Source: Candidatus Nomurabacteria bacterium
Lineage (GTDB): Bacteria > Patescibacteriota > Minisyncoccia > Phycocordibacterales > UBA5272
Direction of reading: 5' to 3'
Assembly (NCBI GenBank): GCA_037134695.1
Contig: JBAXLU010000001.1
Span: 11,551 to 75,550 of the forward strand
DNA: 64,000 bases
Shown: positions 1-9,485 of the stretch, in pieces
How the letters are laid out: every line of letters begins with the position of its first letter
Position numbering within the stretch: the first letter of the stretch is position 1
Position numbers and translations under genes: made by a program
Notes under the pieces: generated by a model
Seen by the model: the letters and a program-made list of their open reading frames with translations, nothing else
What the model was told of the DNA's origin: nothing
Databases searched by the model: none

Positions 1-184
1 TTTTTCCTGTGTCCCTTCGTAGCATAATCGCGAAGTGGGATCTGTAACAATTTTTTCTGTTTTATAATTCTCGTACTAATCTCAATTTTATTCTAATCGA
101 ACCAACCCAGATACATTTTACCAGCTTCGGGTTATAATTTCTCTAACTCCTAATTTATCCCGCCAAGGCGGTGACTCCTAACTC

Positions 185-1144
185 CTAAATTATTTCCCTA
201 ATCCCTTCTTCTAATGTAACAATTGGATTCCACCCAAGAGCATTTTTTATTTTTGTATTATCACCGACAAATCTTCTGGGTTCTATTCTTGGTGCAATAT
301 GAATTATTTCTGCATTTGCATTATTTTTTTCTCTTATAATATTTGCCACCAAATTAGCAATATCAATAACTTTGCTTTCAATACCAGAGCAAACATTAAA
401 TACTTCGCCTCGCACCTTTTCCTTATCAATATTTTCTAAGATTTTTGTATTCGCTTTTACAACATCATAAACATGTATGAAGTCTCTGGTCTGCTCACCA
501 TCACCACAAATTGGCATCGGGCTATTATTTTTTGCTTCTTTTATAAATCTTCCTATGGCTGGCGCATAACTGCCACTGTCATGTTGATCAGGACCCCAGA
601 CATTTGAATATCTCACACAAGTTACATTTATTTTATATAAATCATTATAAAGTTTACCAAGTTGTTCGTCTATAAATTTGCTTAATCCATAAGGGTTTTC
701 TGGGTGAGTCGCATCATTTTCATTTTTTAAGCCATCTATACTTCCATAAACTGCTCCTGAACTTGTTAAGATAACATTATTACAGCCATTATTTCTTGCA
801 GATTCTAAAACATGTAAAGTTCCTTTGATATTAGTATCAAAAGCTTTTAATGGGTTATTTATACTGTTTGGTGAACTTATAAAAGCTGCCAGATGAATTA
901 CTCCGTAAGCATTATTAAAAATAGGGGATATTTTTTCATAATCCAAAATATCTATTTTATGAATATTATTTTTAATAAAATTATCATCAAAATACTTTAA
1001 TAAAATATCGTTCGATATTTTCTCACCAGTAAATTCATCCATCAAAAAATCAATCACATGCACTTCATAATTTTTCTCTAAAAGAGATTTAGCTAAATGT
1101 CTCCCAATAAATCCTGCACCACCAGTAACTATGATTTTTTGCAT
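185..1144 (-). CDS. NAD-dependent epimerase/dehydratase (UDP-sugar 4-epimerase-like, SDR fold)
   Basis: 319-aa ORF; N-terminal Rossmann motif VTGGAGFIGRHL; lies in a glycosyl-transfer cluster. Confidence 0.75.
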   Translation of the reverse strand: MQKIIVTGGAGFIGRHLAKSLLEKNYEVHVIDFLMDEFTGEKISNDILLKYFDDNFIKNNIHKIDILDYEKISPIFNNAYGVIHLAAFISSPNSINNPLKAFDTNIKGTLHVLESARNNGCNNVILTSSGAVYGSIDGLKNENDATHPENPYGLSKFIDEQLGKLYNDLYKINVTCVRYSNVWGPDQHDSGSYAPAIGRFIKEAKNNSPMPICGDGEQTRDFIHVYDVVKANTKILENIDKEKVRGEVFNVCSGIESKVIDIANLVANIIREKNNANAEIIHIAPRIEPRRFVGDNTKIKNALGWNPIVTLEEGIREII

Positions 1145-1147
1145 AGT

Positions 1148-2473
1148 TTAAATCCCACTTTTACTTAAAAGTACTTTAAAAGTTTTAAGAATTATTGCGA
1201 TGTCTAACATTAGATTACTGTGTTCAAGATAATACATATCATAAGCAAGCTTTGTTGACGTTTGTTTAATGTCTATACCAAACTTCGGTGCCTCATGTTG
1301 TTGTACTTGTGCCCAACCAGAAAGTCCAGGACGAACCATATGTCTTATATTATAAAATGGAATAGTTTTGTTATATTCCTCTACAAGATTTGGTGATTCA
1401 GGGCGGGGGCCAATTAGTGATACATCACCATGTATCACATTCCAAAGTTGTGGTAATTCATCTAGTCTTGTCTTTCTTAAGAAACCCCCAACTTTACTTA
1501 TTTTTTTTGTTTCATTTAATTCGTTAGCTTTTTTATCTTCCATTGATCTAAATTTATATATCGGAATTAATTTACCGTGTTTACCTACACGATTATGAAT
1601 AAAGAAAATATTTCCACCATCATTTATTTTTATAGCTAAAATTACAAATGGATAAACAATAAGAGAAACTATAAAAGCCGGAATAGATAAAATTAAATCA
1701 ATAAATCTTTTTGCGCTGTCATATCTTTGAGAATTACTAATATAACGGAATACCCATTCTTGATTTATCAAATTAAGAGGGACCATGTCAAAGACGTCCT
1801 CATAAACGTCTACTATATCTAGCACAGCTTGACCTTCCTGTATCTCATTATAAAGATCTCCGAAATATGGCTTGATTCTATCATCACGCATATCGACAAT
1901 TACTGAGTTTGGTTTTGTTGTTCGAAGTACCGTACCCAAGCTTTCCATATTATATGTATCAACATCAATTGTTGCTATTAAGGTAATCCCAGTGTGGGGG
2001 TTTCTTGTTAGTTCTTCGACAAGATTTTTAAAAGCATCACCACTACCAACTAATATACTTTTTTGTTTTTTATAACGTAGAACTATAGAAAATGCGAAAT
2101 TTCTCCAAATACTTATTAGAATAGAAGAAATTATTATGTACAGAAGAAGAATTGTTTTAGGTGCAATTCCGAGCGTTGGAAGTGAATAGAAAATAATGAC
2201 AGCGCCAAGAGCTGAAAGTATTTGACTTGTTAATATTCTCTTACTTAGCTCCCTTATAATCCTTAATGTCGGTTTATCATATAGTCCATAACTATAAAAT
2301 ATCGCGACGCTTACAGCAATTACAAGAGAAAAAGATGGAATAAAGCTAATAAAATCAAGGAAATTAGGTATTTCTCTAGTACGTAAAAAAAGTGCCCCGT
2401 ATAAAGATAAAAATAAAACGCTACAATCCACAATAAAAAGTAAAAGTCGTCCAGGTGTATGTCTTATTATCAT
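1148..2473 (-). CDS. polyprenyl-phosphate sugar phosphotransferase (bacterial sugar transferase, WbaP/EpsL-like)
   Basis: 441-aa ORF with N-terminal TM helices and a C-terminal bacterial sugar-transferase block (KFRSM...DELPQLWNV..GD.SLIGPRPE). Confidence 0.8.
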   Translation of the reverse strand: MIIRHTPGRLLLFIVDCSVLFLSLYGALFLRTREIPNFLDFISFIPSFSLVIAVSVAIFYSYGLYDKPTLRIIRELSKRILTSQILSALGAVIIFYSLPTLGIAPKTILLLYIIISSILISIWRNFAFSIVLRYKKQKSILVGSGDAFKNLVEELTRNPHTGITLIATIDVDTYNMESLGTVLRTTKPNSVIVDMRDDRIKPYFGDLYNEIQEGQAVLDIVDVYEDVFDMVPLNLINQEWVFRYISNSQRYDSAKRFIDLILSIPAFIVSLIVYPFVILAIKINDGGNIFFIHNRVGKHGKLIPIYKFRSMEDKKANELNETKKISKVGGFLRKTRLDELPQLWNVIHGDVSLIGPRPESPNLVEEYNKTIPFYNIRHMVRPGLSGWAQVQQHEAPKFGIDIKQTSTKLAYDMYYLEHSNLMLDIAIILKTFKVLLSKSGI

Positions 2474-2507
2474 ATATGTTAATATTACTTATATTACTAC
2501 TGTTAGC

Positions 2508-3611
2508 ATGAAAATACTATATCTCATAACAAAGTCGAATTGGGGAGGTGCACAAAGATATGTTTATGATTTGGCTGTAGCCTTTAAGTCTAAAGGATGT
2601 AATCCAATTGTGGCTTTTGGTGGACACGGACTTTTGGAAGAGAATTTAAATAAGGCTAATATTAAAACTGTATCTTTGAATAGTTTAATTCGTGATATAT
2701 CTTTAACAAAAGAAATTTTTGTAGTTAAAGAAATATATTCACTCATTAAAAAAGAGAAGCCAGATATTGTTCATCTTAATAGTTCTAAAGCGTCTGGCGT
2801 GGGGGCACTGATAGCTAGAATTTTAGGAGTTAAGAATATTATTGTAACCATTCACGGTGCACCATTTCGGGAAGATAGAAATATTATTTTAAAGAAAATT
2901 ATTTATTTTCTTACTTGGGTTACCTGTCTTTTGTCACATACAGTCATAACTGTCAGTAAACAAGATGAAGCTGATATAGGTACAATGTTTTTTATAAAGA
3001 AAAAATTAAAAACAATTTATCTTGGTCTCACTTATGACCCACCGCTAACTCGTATTACTCCAAAGTCTAAGGTCGTAAGAATAATTACTGTTGGGGATCT
3101 TACAAAAAATAAAGGCCATTTGTTTGCTTTACATGCTATTGAAAAATTAAGAGATAATAATGTTCCTTTTCATTACACAATTGTTGGAGAAGGGGAGGAA
3201 AGAAAAAGTTTAGAAGAATTTATTGCTTTTAAAAATTTAGGGGAATTTGTTGACCTGTTAGGCTATCAAGACGCTCGCTCTATTTTACATGAGTATGATT
3301 TATATTTACTTTCTTCTGTAAAAGAAGGATTGCCTTATATTTTACTTGAGGCTGGAAAGGCAATGCTTCCCGTAGTTGCCACAATAACAGGAGGTGTTCC
3401 TGAAATTATAAGACATGAAGAAACTGGTCTATTGGTTCAACCAAAAGATGTTGATTCTTTGACAAAAGAATTAAAGAGGCTTATTTCCGATAGGAAAATT
3501 GGCAAAAAGCTTGGACAGGGTTTACATGCTCATATTGTTCAGAATTTTTCACACAGTAAGATGTTGGTAGAAACTGCAAAGGTTTATGGCTTGATAAAAT
3601 CTAAAAAATAG
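2508..3611 (+). CDS. GT4-family glycosyltransferase
   Basis: 367-aa ORF; C-terminal EGLPYILLEAGKAMLPVVATITGGVPEII matches the GT-B/GT4 E-x7-E region. Confidence 0.8.
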   Translation: MKILYLITKSNWGGAQRYVYDLAVAFKSKGCNPIVAFGGHGLLEENLNKANIKTVSLNSLIRDISLTKEIFVVKEIYSLIKKEKPDIVHLNSSKASGVGALIARILGVKNIIVTIHGAPFREDRNIILKKIIYFLTWVTCLLSHTVITVSKQDEADIGTMFFIKKKLKTIYLGLTYDPPLTRITPKSKVVRIITVGDLTKNKGHLFALHAIEKLRDNNVPFHYTIVGEGEERKSLEEFIAFKNLGEFVDLLGYQDARSILHEYDLYLLSSVKEGLPYILLEAGKAMLPVVATITGGVPEIIRHEETGLLVQPKDVDSLTKELKRLISDRKIGKKLGQGLHAHIVQNFSHSKMLVETAKVYGLIKSKK

Positions 3612-4267
3612 TGTATAATTCCACAACTATGATGCAAATCACCACAGCGCCACGCGCACCAAAAGAAACAAAGAAAGATGGTTTTATTCCAGCTGTATAT
3701 TACGGCGCACAACAGGCCTCAACTCCTATTTTTATAGATTTTATTGAATTTAAGAAGGTTTTAGCAGACGCTGGTGAATCAAGTTCAATTACTCTTATTA
3801 CAGAGCATGGTAACGAAGTTGCTATGATTCAAGATGTTCAGCTTGATCCAGTAAAGGGTAACGCTGTGCATGCAGACTTTTACATTCTTAAAAAGGGACA
3901 AAAAGTACACGTTAAAACCCCAATTATTTTTGTTGGAGAGTCACAAGCTGTTAAAGAAGGTGGTGTGCTTGTAAAAGTAATGTATGAACTTTCTGTTGAA
4001 GGAGATCCAACTAAACTTCCTCATGAGTTCTCTGTAGATATTTCTGCTCTTGTTAATAAAGATAGTGTTATTCATGTAAAGGATTTGATTCTTCCAGCAG
4101 GTGTTGAGCTTTATCATGTAGATCCTCTAGATGCTGTTGTTTCTATTTCAGTTGCTCAGGAAGAAATTGCGATAGATGCTCCAGTTGCTGATTTATCAAC
4201 TATTGAAGTTGAAGCTAAAGGTAAGAAAGAAGGCGACGCGGAAGAAGGTGGAACAGACGCAGAATAA
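3611..4267 (+). CDS. rplY: 50S ribosomal protein L25 / general stress protein Ctc (long form)
   Basis: 218-aa ORF; N-terminus APRAPKETKKDGFIPAVYYG is typical L25/Ctc; acidic tail partly encoded by an ACGCAGAA/ACGCGGAAG repeat unit (4236-4275). Confidence 0.8.
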   Translation: MYNSTTMMQITTAPRAPKETKKDGFIPAVYYGAQQASTPIFIDFIEFKKVLADAGESSSITLITEHGNEVAMIQDVQLDPVKGNAVHADFYILKKGQKVHVKTPIIFVGESQAVKEGGVLVKVMYELSVEGDPTKLPHEFSVDISALVNKDSVIHVKDLILPAGVELYHVDPLDAVVSISVAQEEIAIDAPVADLSTIEVEAKGKKEGDAEEGGTDAE

Positions 4268-4293
4268 CGCGGAAAAATTCAAAAAAATACTAA

Positions 4294-4325
4294 AAGCGCG
4301 ACCTTCGGTCGCGTTTTTGTATTTT
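4294..4325 (+). terminator. intrinsic terminator after rplY
   Basis: hairpin GCGCGACC-TTCG-GGTCGCG followed by TTTTTGTATTTT. Confidence 0.55.
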
Positions 4326-4413
4326 AATTGAAAATTGGAAATCAAAAACCTGCCTCGCCGGCAAGGCGGGTTAAAAATTCCCCCGCCTCAAGCAGGGATG
4401 CTATACTATATGT

Positions 4414-5766
4414 ATGAGAAATCGTTTCGCTATTTTTGTTTTTGCTATTTTATTTGCACTTGTACCTATACAAGGAAATATACATGTTTTTGCTCAAACA
4501 CGAGCAGAGCTTGAAAATGATTTGGCAAATTTGGAAGCTCAAATAAAAGCCTTAACAAACAGTATTACGGAAACAAAACAACAAGGAGTATCACTTAAAA
4601 ATGATATTTCTGTTTTAGCTAAAAAAATTGAACAAAGTAAATTAAAAATAAAAGCTCAAGATGCAGCCATTGCAAGACTTACTCAAAATATTTCAGAAAA
4701 AGATAGGACATTGAATTCTCTTAATGACAAAATGGATAGAGAGAAGGACTCTCTTGCCCAGATTATGAGGAAGACAAGATATTTAGAACAATATTCTTTG
4801 CTTGATTTTGGTCTTCAGTCAGATAGTTTGTCTACTTTCTTTTCTGATGCAGATTCCTTCTCCACTCTTAATCGTGCTTTAACTAAAAGTTTTGAAGATA
4901 TTCGTAATACAGAAGATGAGATAAACCAAGTTAAAATTCAGCTTGAAGATTCAAAAGATGAAGAAACTCAAAAGAAATTAGCCCAACAAGCTGTAAAAAA
5001 ACAAGTTGAATTAAATCAAAAAGAAAAAAATAGTTTACTTACTATTACAAAAAATCAAGAAGCGCAATATAAAAAAGTTTTAGCTGATCGTGAAAAAGAA
5101 GCAGCCACAATACGAGGAAGATTATTCGAACTTCGTGACGCTGGAAGTATTTCTTTTGGACAAGCTTATGATTTTGCTCTAGTTGCTAGTAAATCAACAG
5201 GCGTTCGCCCGGCACTTATCCTTGCAATTCTAATGCAAGAGTCTTCTTTGGGTATTAATGTTGGGGCATGCTATCTTCGTGATTATTCTACTGGTGACGG
5301 TGTTGGTATAAAAACTGGTGATATAAAAAGACGTGTAATGCATCCAACTCGTGATGTTCCAGTGTTTACGTCATTCCTTGGTAAACTTGGACGTGACCCA
5401 CAACAAACACCGGTCTCTTGCTGGATACCAATGTACAGTAAAGGAAGTCCAAGTGGATGGGGTGGAGCAATGGGTCCGTCACAGTTTATTCCGTCCACAT
5501 GGCAGCTTTTTGAAAATAGAATTGAGACTATAACAGGAGCCTCTGTTGCTGATCCTTGGAAACCATATCATGCAATTACCGCCACTTCTCTTTATTTGGC
5601 TGATTTAGGTGCAGTTACAGGTAATGAAGTGTCTGAAAGAAATGCTGCATGTAAATATTATTCTGGGAGGTCTTGTTCATCCTCATCTGCCGGTGCTGGT
5701 TATGGAAATTCCGTTATGAAAAAACTTTATAGTATGCAGGCAGATATCGACAAGCTACAAAGATAG
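4414..5766 (+). CDS. secreted coiled-coil protein with C-terminal lytic-transglycosylase-like (SLT) domain
   Basis: 450-aa ORF; signal peptide MRNRFAIFVFAILFALVPIQG; long heptad-like region; C-terminal ILMQESS...GAMGPSQFIPSTW resembles SLT catalytic and substrate motifs. Confidence 0.55.
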   Translation: MRNRFAIFVFAILFALVPIQGNIHVFAQTRAELENDLANLEAQIKALTNSITETKQQGVSLKNDISVLAKKIEQSKLKIKAQDAAIARLTQNISEKDRTLNSLNDKMDREKDSLAQIMRKTRYLEQYSLLDFGLQSDSLSTFFSDADSFSTLNRALTKSFEDIRNTEDEINQVKIQLEDSKDEETQKKLAQQAVKKQVELNQKEKNSLLTITKNQEAQYKKVLADREKEAATIRGRLFELRDAGSISFGQAYDFALVASKSTGVRPALILAILMQESSLGINVGACYLRDYSTGDGVGIKTGDIKRRVMHPTRDVPVFTSFLGKLGRDPQQTPVSCWIPMYSKGSPSGWGGAMGPSQFIPSTWQLFENRIETITGASVADPWKPYHAITATSLYLADLGAVTGNEVSERNAACKYYSGRSCSSSSAGAGYGNSVMKKLYSMQADIDKLQR

Positions 5767-5879
5767 TCTATAAAGTTGAAAGTCTATAAAGTGGTTGCGA
5801 AATTCCTTTTAACCTTAAGGACTTTATATACTTTTGACTGGTTGCAGGATGCAACTAAATATGTTATTATAGGCCGACT

Positions 5880-6086
5880 ATGAAAGCAGATATTCACCCA
5901 ACATATTATACAAACGCTACAGCAACTTGTGCTTGTGGTGCCACTTATAGTGTTGGTTCAACACAAGAAAAAATAGAAGTTGAAATCTGTCAGGCTTGCC
6001 ATCCATTCTATACAGGACAGGATAAAGTACTTGACTCTACCGGCCGCGTTGATAAGTTTAAGAAGAGAATGGCTGCTAAAAAGTAG
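5880..6086 (+). CDS. rpmE: 50S ribosomal protein L31
   Basis: 68-aa ORF MKADIHPTYY...C..C....CHPFYTG, canonical L31. Confidence 0.9.
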   Translation: MKADIHPTYYTNATATCACGATYSVGSTQEKIEVEICQACHPFYTGQDKVLDSTGRVDKFKKRMAAKK

Positions 6087-6257
6087 TCCATCTACTTTGT
6101 TGTGGAGCCTCTTTCGCTCGTCATCGTACTATTAAGTACGTCTCCTCGCTCACTTCTCCACGCCTCGTATCTGAACCATTTTTAGCAGCCATTATGGCTT
6201 GCTTTTTGGTATACTACAAAGCATCTAACTTTCAACTTTACGAACTTTATAAACTTT

Positions 6258-7226
6258 ATGGACTTATCTGACTTCAAATTAAATCCTCGCACAACATATC
6301 TCGCACAAGAATACGAGAGACTTTTAAATGCAAAAGAAGAAGCCGAAACTTTACTCGCCGACGATTCAATGAAAGAATTAGCTGAATCAGAAATCGCTAC
6401 TCTTACTCCACAATTAGAATCACTTTGGAAACAAATGGAAGAGACGGCAGAAGTTGCAAAAGAAGTAGAGGCTGCACCCAAGGCAATGATATTAGAAATT
6501 CAGGGTGGGGCAGGGGGTGATGAATCATCACTCTTTGCGGCTGAGCTTGCTTTAATGTATCAAAATTATGCAGAACAGCGTGGTTGGGGATGGAATAAAT
6601 TAGATGAATCTGTATCGGACGTTGGTGGATACAAAGATGTATCTTTTGAAGTAAAAGGAAAAGGTTGTTATGAAGCGTTAAAATTTGAAACTGGAGTGCA
6701 TCGTGTTCAGCGTATTCCAGAAACAGAAAAGAATGGTCGTGTACACACTTCAACAGTTACAGTTTCTGTAATGCCAATTCGTGCTACAACAAAAGTAAAT
6801 ATTCCAGCTAGTGATTTGGAATTCGAAACATCTCGCTCAGGTGGTGCCGGCGGACAGAATGTTAACAAAGTTGAAACTGCTGTGCGTATTATTCACAAGC
6901 CGACAGGTATTGCTATTCGCTGTACGATTGAGCGTTCTCAGTTAAAAAATCGCGAGCGTGCACTAGAAATGCTTCAAGCAAAATTAGATCAGCTTGCCCA
7001 AGAAGAAGATGATAAGAAACATTCAGATGAGAAACGTTCTCAAGTAGGAACGGGGGATAGAAGTGAAAAGATTCGTACATATAATTTTCCACAAGATAGA
7101 ATTACCGATCACCGTATTCGTCAGTCATGGCACGGGCTTCCAAAGATAATGGAAGGTCAAATGGGTCCTATAGTTGAGGCACTACAGAATTTTACCGGTG
7201 AGTTCGGAACAGACGAGGAGGAATAA
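6258..7226 (+). CDS. prfA: peptide chain release factor 1
   Basis: 322-aa ORF with GGQ motif (SGGAGGQNVNK) and an RF1-type tripeptide region (RIPETEKNGRVHTS, PxT-like, not the SPF of RF2). Confidence 0.8.
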   Translation: MDLSDFKLNPRTTYLAQEYERLLNAKEEAETLLADDSMKELAESEIATLTPQLESLWKQMEETAEVAKEVEAAPKAMILEIQGGAGGDESSLFAAELALMYQNYAEQRGWGWNKLDESVSDVGGYKDVSFEVKGKGCYEALKFETGVHRVQRIPETEKNGRVHTSTVTVSVMPIRATTKVNIPASDLEFETSRSGGAGGQNVNKVETAVRIIHKPTGIAIRCTIERSQLKNRERALEMLQAKLDQLAQEEDDKKHSDEKRSQVGTGDRSEKIRTYNFPQDRITDHRIRQSWHGLPKIMEGQMGPIVEALQNFTGEFGTDEEE

Positions 7227-7276
7227 TGTAAAGCAAAATATGGTATTATTATATATATAAATAATAATTTTTAACC

Positions 7277-8026
7277 ATGTACTATATCATTCTTGTCGTC
7301 ATTGTTCTCCTCGGGCTTTCCCTCCGTGTTGTTAAAGAATATGATAGAGGGGTCATTTTCTTTTTAGGTAAATGTACTGGCGTGAGAGGTCCTGGACTTA
7401 TTATTCTTATTCCTATTTTTGAACAAATGACAAAGGTTGCACTTCGTACCATTACGATGAATATACCTTCTCAAAAAATTATTACACGCGATAATGTGTC
7501 TATAGATATTGCTGCAGTTGCTTATTATCATGTTGTTGATCCACAAAAGTCAGTTGTTGCAATTGAGAATGTGTATGATGCAGTAAATCAGATTAGTCAG
7601 ACAACAGTGAGAAATATTGTTGGACAATTTCAACTTGATCAACTTCTTTCACAAACAGTAGATATCAATCAACAAATTAAATCAGTCATCGATGCACACA
7701 CAGAACCATGGGGAGTAGAAGTGACGGCTGTTGAAATTAAAGACATTACATTACCTGATAATATGCAACGTGCGATGGCAAAGGAAGCAGAAGCAGAAAG
7801 AGAGAGACGAGCAAAGATAGTAGCAGCACAAGGGGAATTTGAGGCCGCGGTGAAGCTCGGAGAAGCGGCAGATATCATTTCTCTTCATCCTGTAGCACTT
7901 CAACTGCGCACACTACAAACTATGGCAGAAATTAGTGTAGAAAAGAATTCAACAATTATTTTCCCAGCACAGTTTATGACGACCGTTAATGAAGCAATTT
8001 CTATGATACGAGGAGATGTGAAGTAA
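7277..8026 (+). CDS. SPFH/band-7 (stomatin/prohibitin-like) membrane protein
   Basis: 249-aa ORF, N-terminal TM helix, SPFH core, C-terminal [22 protein letters not shown] coiled coil. Confidence 0.75.
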   Translation: MYYIILVVIVLLGLSLRVVKEYDRGVIFFLGKCTGVRGPGLIILIPIFEQMTKVALRTITMNIPSQKIITRDNVSIDIAAVAYYHVVDPQKSVVAIENVYDAVNQISQTTVRNIVGQFQLDQLLSQTVDINQQIKSVIDAHTEPWGVEVTAVEIKDITLPDNMQRAMAKEAEAERERRAKIVAAQGEFEAAVKLGEAADIISLHPVALQLRTLQTMAEISVEKNSTIIFPAQFMTTVNEAISMIRGDVK

Positions 8027-8033
8027 TAAAAAT

Positions 8034-8462
8034 ATGAATTATATTATAAGTATTTTACAATATTTTCGATTGATAATTATTGTATTATTGTTTTGCAGTC
8101 TTATAATCAGTTTTGTAACAAATATGTCTTTTCTCGTAAAGATAGGTTTATTGAGAAGTAAACTAAATGAATTATTTCCTGGAAAATTTGATTTTACTTA
8201 TTCTAATCTTTCATTTAGTGAAAGGTTCTTTAAGGAGATTAAGGATAATCCATCAAGTAAATTAAATAATAATTTTTTCTTTTGGAATAAAGTAGAAAGT
8301 TGGTATTTCCCTGGAGTTGATATGTCTAGTATTAATGATACTGAAGCACAAGAAAAATATATTAGTTTAAAAAATAGCTATAAACTTACAAAGTTCTTTC
8401 ATCTTTTATCAATAATTTTATTTATATTAAATTTTATCAGTATTTTATTTTTACTAAATTAG
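8034..8462 (+). CDS. hypothetical membrane protein
   Basis: 142-aa ORF with hydrophobic N- and C-termini; no recognisable motif. Confidence 0.3.
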   Translation: MNYIISILQYFRLIIIVLLFCSLIISFVTNMSFLVKIGLLRSKLNELFPGKFDFTYSNLSFSERFFKEIKDNPSSKLNNNFFFWNKVESWYFPGVDMSSINDTEAQEKYISLKNSYKLTKFFHLLSIILFILNFISILFLLN

Positions 8463-8660
8463 TTTTTTAAGTTTAAATACAACAGATTGTAATCACTTCC
8501 CAAATAAGTGAAAATGTGCTATATTAAACCCGATTCATCCAATCGGGCAAATCAGGATTTGGACACCTGAGCATAACTTTCGAGCATCACTGACGCGTAC
8601 AAAACCTTGTACTTATGAGAAAGAGGAATAGATTTATTTTGCGAATTAGTTATTTGTATT

Positions 8661-8696
8661 TACTAATAACTAATAACCAATAACTAAAAACTACCC
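8661..8696 (+). promoter_or_regulatory. conserved AACTAnTAACCAnTAACTA...AACTACCC leader motif upstream of rpsB
   Basis: TACTAATAACTAATAACCAATAACTAAAAACTACCC; near-identical motifs precede tsf, typA and the 22371 gene. Confidence 0.4.
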
Positions 8697-8742
8697 TAAT
8701 GTGGCACGAGTAAATGTTTTTTATTAGTTTACTTAATTAAAT

Positions 8743-9420
8743 ATGTCAAAAATAACAAAAGAAGCTTTAGCTTCTGCTGGTTTACAATACGGCTACTCAC
8801 GTACTCGTCGTCACCCATCAGTAAAGCCATTTATAGAAGGTAATCACAATGGTGTTGATTTTATTAACCTTGATTCAACAGCCCAGCAATTAAACGATGC
8901 TATTACTTTCCTTAAGTCTGTACAAGGCGCAGGTAAGACTATTCTTTTCGTTGGAGTAAAGCCAGAAATTCGCCAAATGATAAAAGAAGTTGCTCTATCA
9001 TTAAATGCTCCTTATGTAGCAGAAAGATTTATCGGTGGTACTCTTACTAATTTTCCACAAATCAAGAAGCGTATTGAAAAACTTCATGACCTATTGAAGA
9101 AAAAAGAAACAGGGGAGCTTGCTGTTTATACAAAGAAAGAACAGCTTTTGATTCAGCGTGATATCGATCGTTTGGACCGTGACTTCGGAGGTATTTCTTC
9201 ATTAACAAATATACCTGCAGCAATTGTAATGATTGACTCTCGCCATGAAGATATGTGTGTTAAGGAAGCTAAAATTCTCCACATTCCTGTGGTTGCGCTT
9301 TGTAATACTGACTGTACAATAGAAGGTATCGAATACCCAATACTCGGAAATGATGGATCAGTAAGTTCTGTTCGATTTGTTCTTGAATCAATCAAGAACG
9401 CTCTTCAAATAGAAGCGTAA
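8743..9420 (+). CDS. rpsB: 30S ribosomal protein S2
   Basis: 225-aa ORF, GLQYGYSRTRRHPSVKPFI...GVDFINLDST is canonical S2. Confidence 0.9.
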   Translation: MSKITKEALASAGLQYGYSRTRRHPSVKPFIEGNHNGVDFINLDSTAQQLNDAITFLKSVQGAGKTILFVGVKPEIRQMIKEVALSLNAPYVAERFIGGTLTNFPQIKKRIEKLHDLLKKKETGELAVYTKKEQLLIQRDIDRLDRDFGGISSLTNIPAAIVMIDSRHEDMCVKEAKILHIPVVALCNTDCTIEGIEYPILGNDGSVSSVRFVLESIKNALQIEA

Positions 9421-9445
9421 GCATCGCATTAGTATTGTATTTGCA

Positions 9446-9483
9446 TTTACTATCAACTATTAACCAGTAACTATCAACTACCC
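9446..9483 (+). promoter_or_regulatory. conserved leader motif upstream of tsf
   Basis: TTTACTATCAACTATTAACCAGTAACTATCAACTACCC ends 2 nt before the ATG; no GGAGG Shine-Dalgarno. Confidence 0.4.
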
Positions 9484-9485
9484 AT

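Noticed and set aside
6084-6192. Stop-codon readthrough extension: the repeat after rpmE and the one after lepA both continue in frame after a TAG stop and translate to similar peptides (…IYFV…SLV.VLLSTS…)
   Set aside because: The typA-associated copy is in a different frame relative to its TAA stop. Another copy is inverted. Copies are bounded by inverted repeats. Similarity is at the DNA level, so the in-frame peptides are a by-product of two similar DNA copies.
8463-8742. Possible rpsB leader ncRNA or riboswitch in the 280-nt gap before rpsB (extended -10-like TGCTATATT at ~8519, then hairpins CCCGATT-CATCCAA-TCGGG and GTACAA-AACC-TTGTAC)
   Set aside because: No match to a riboswitch class I know. 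It may be an S2 autoregulatory leader, but I cannot support a specific call from sequence alone. Left unannotated apart from the conserved leader motif.
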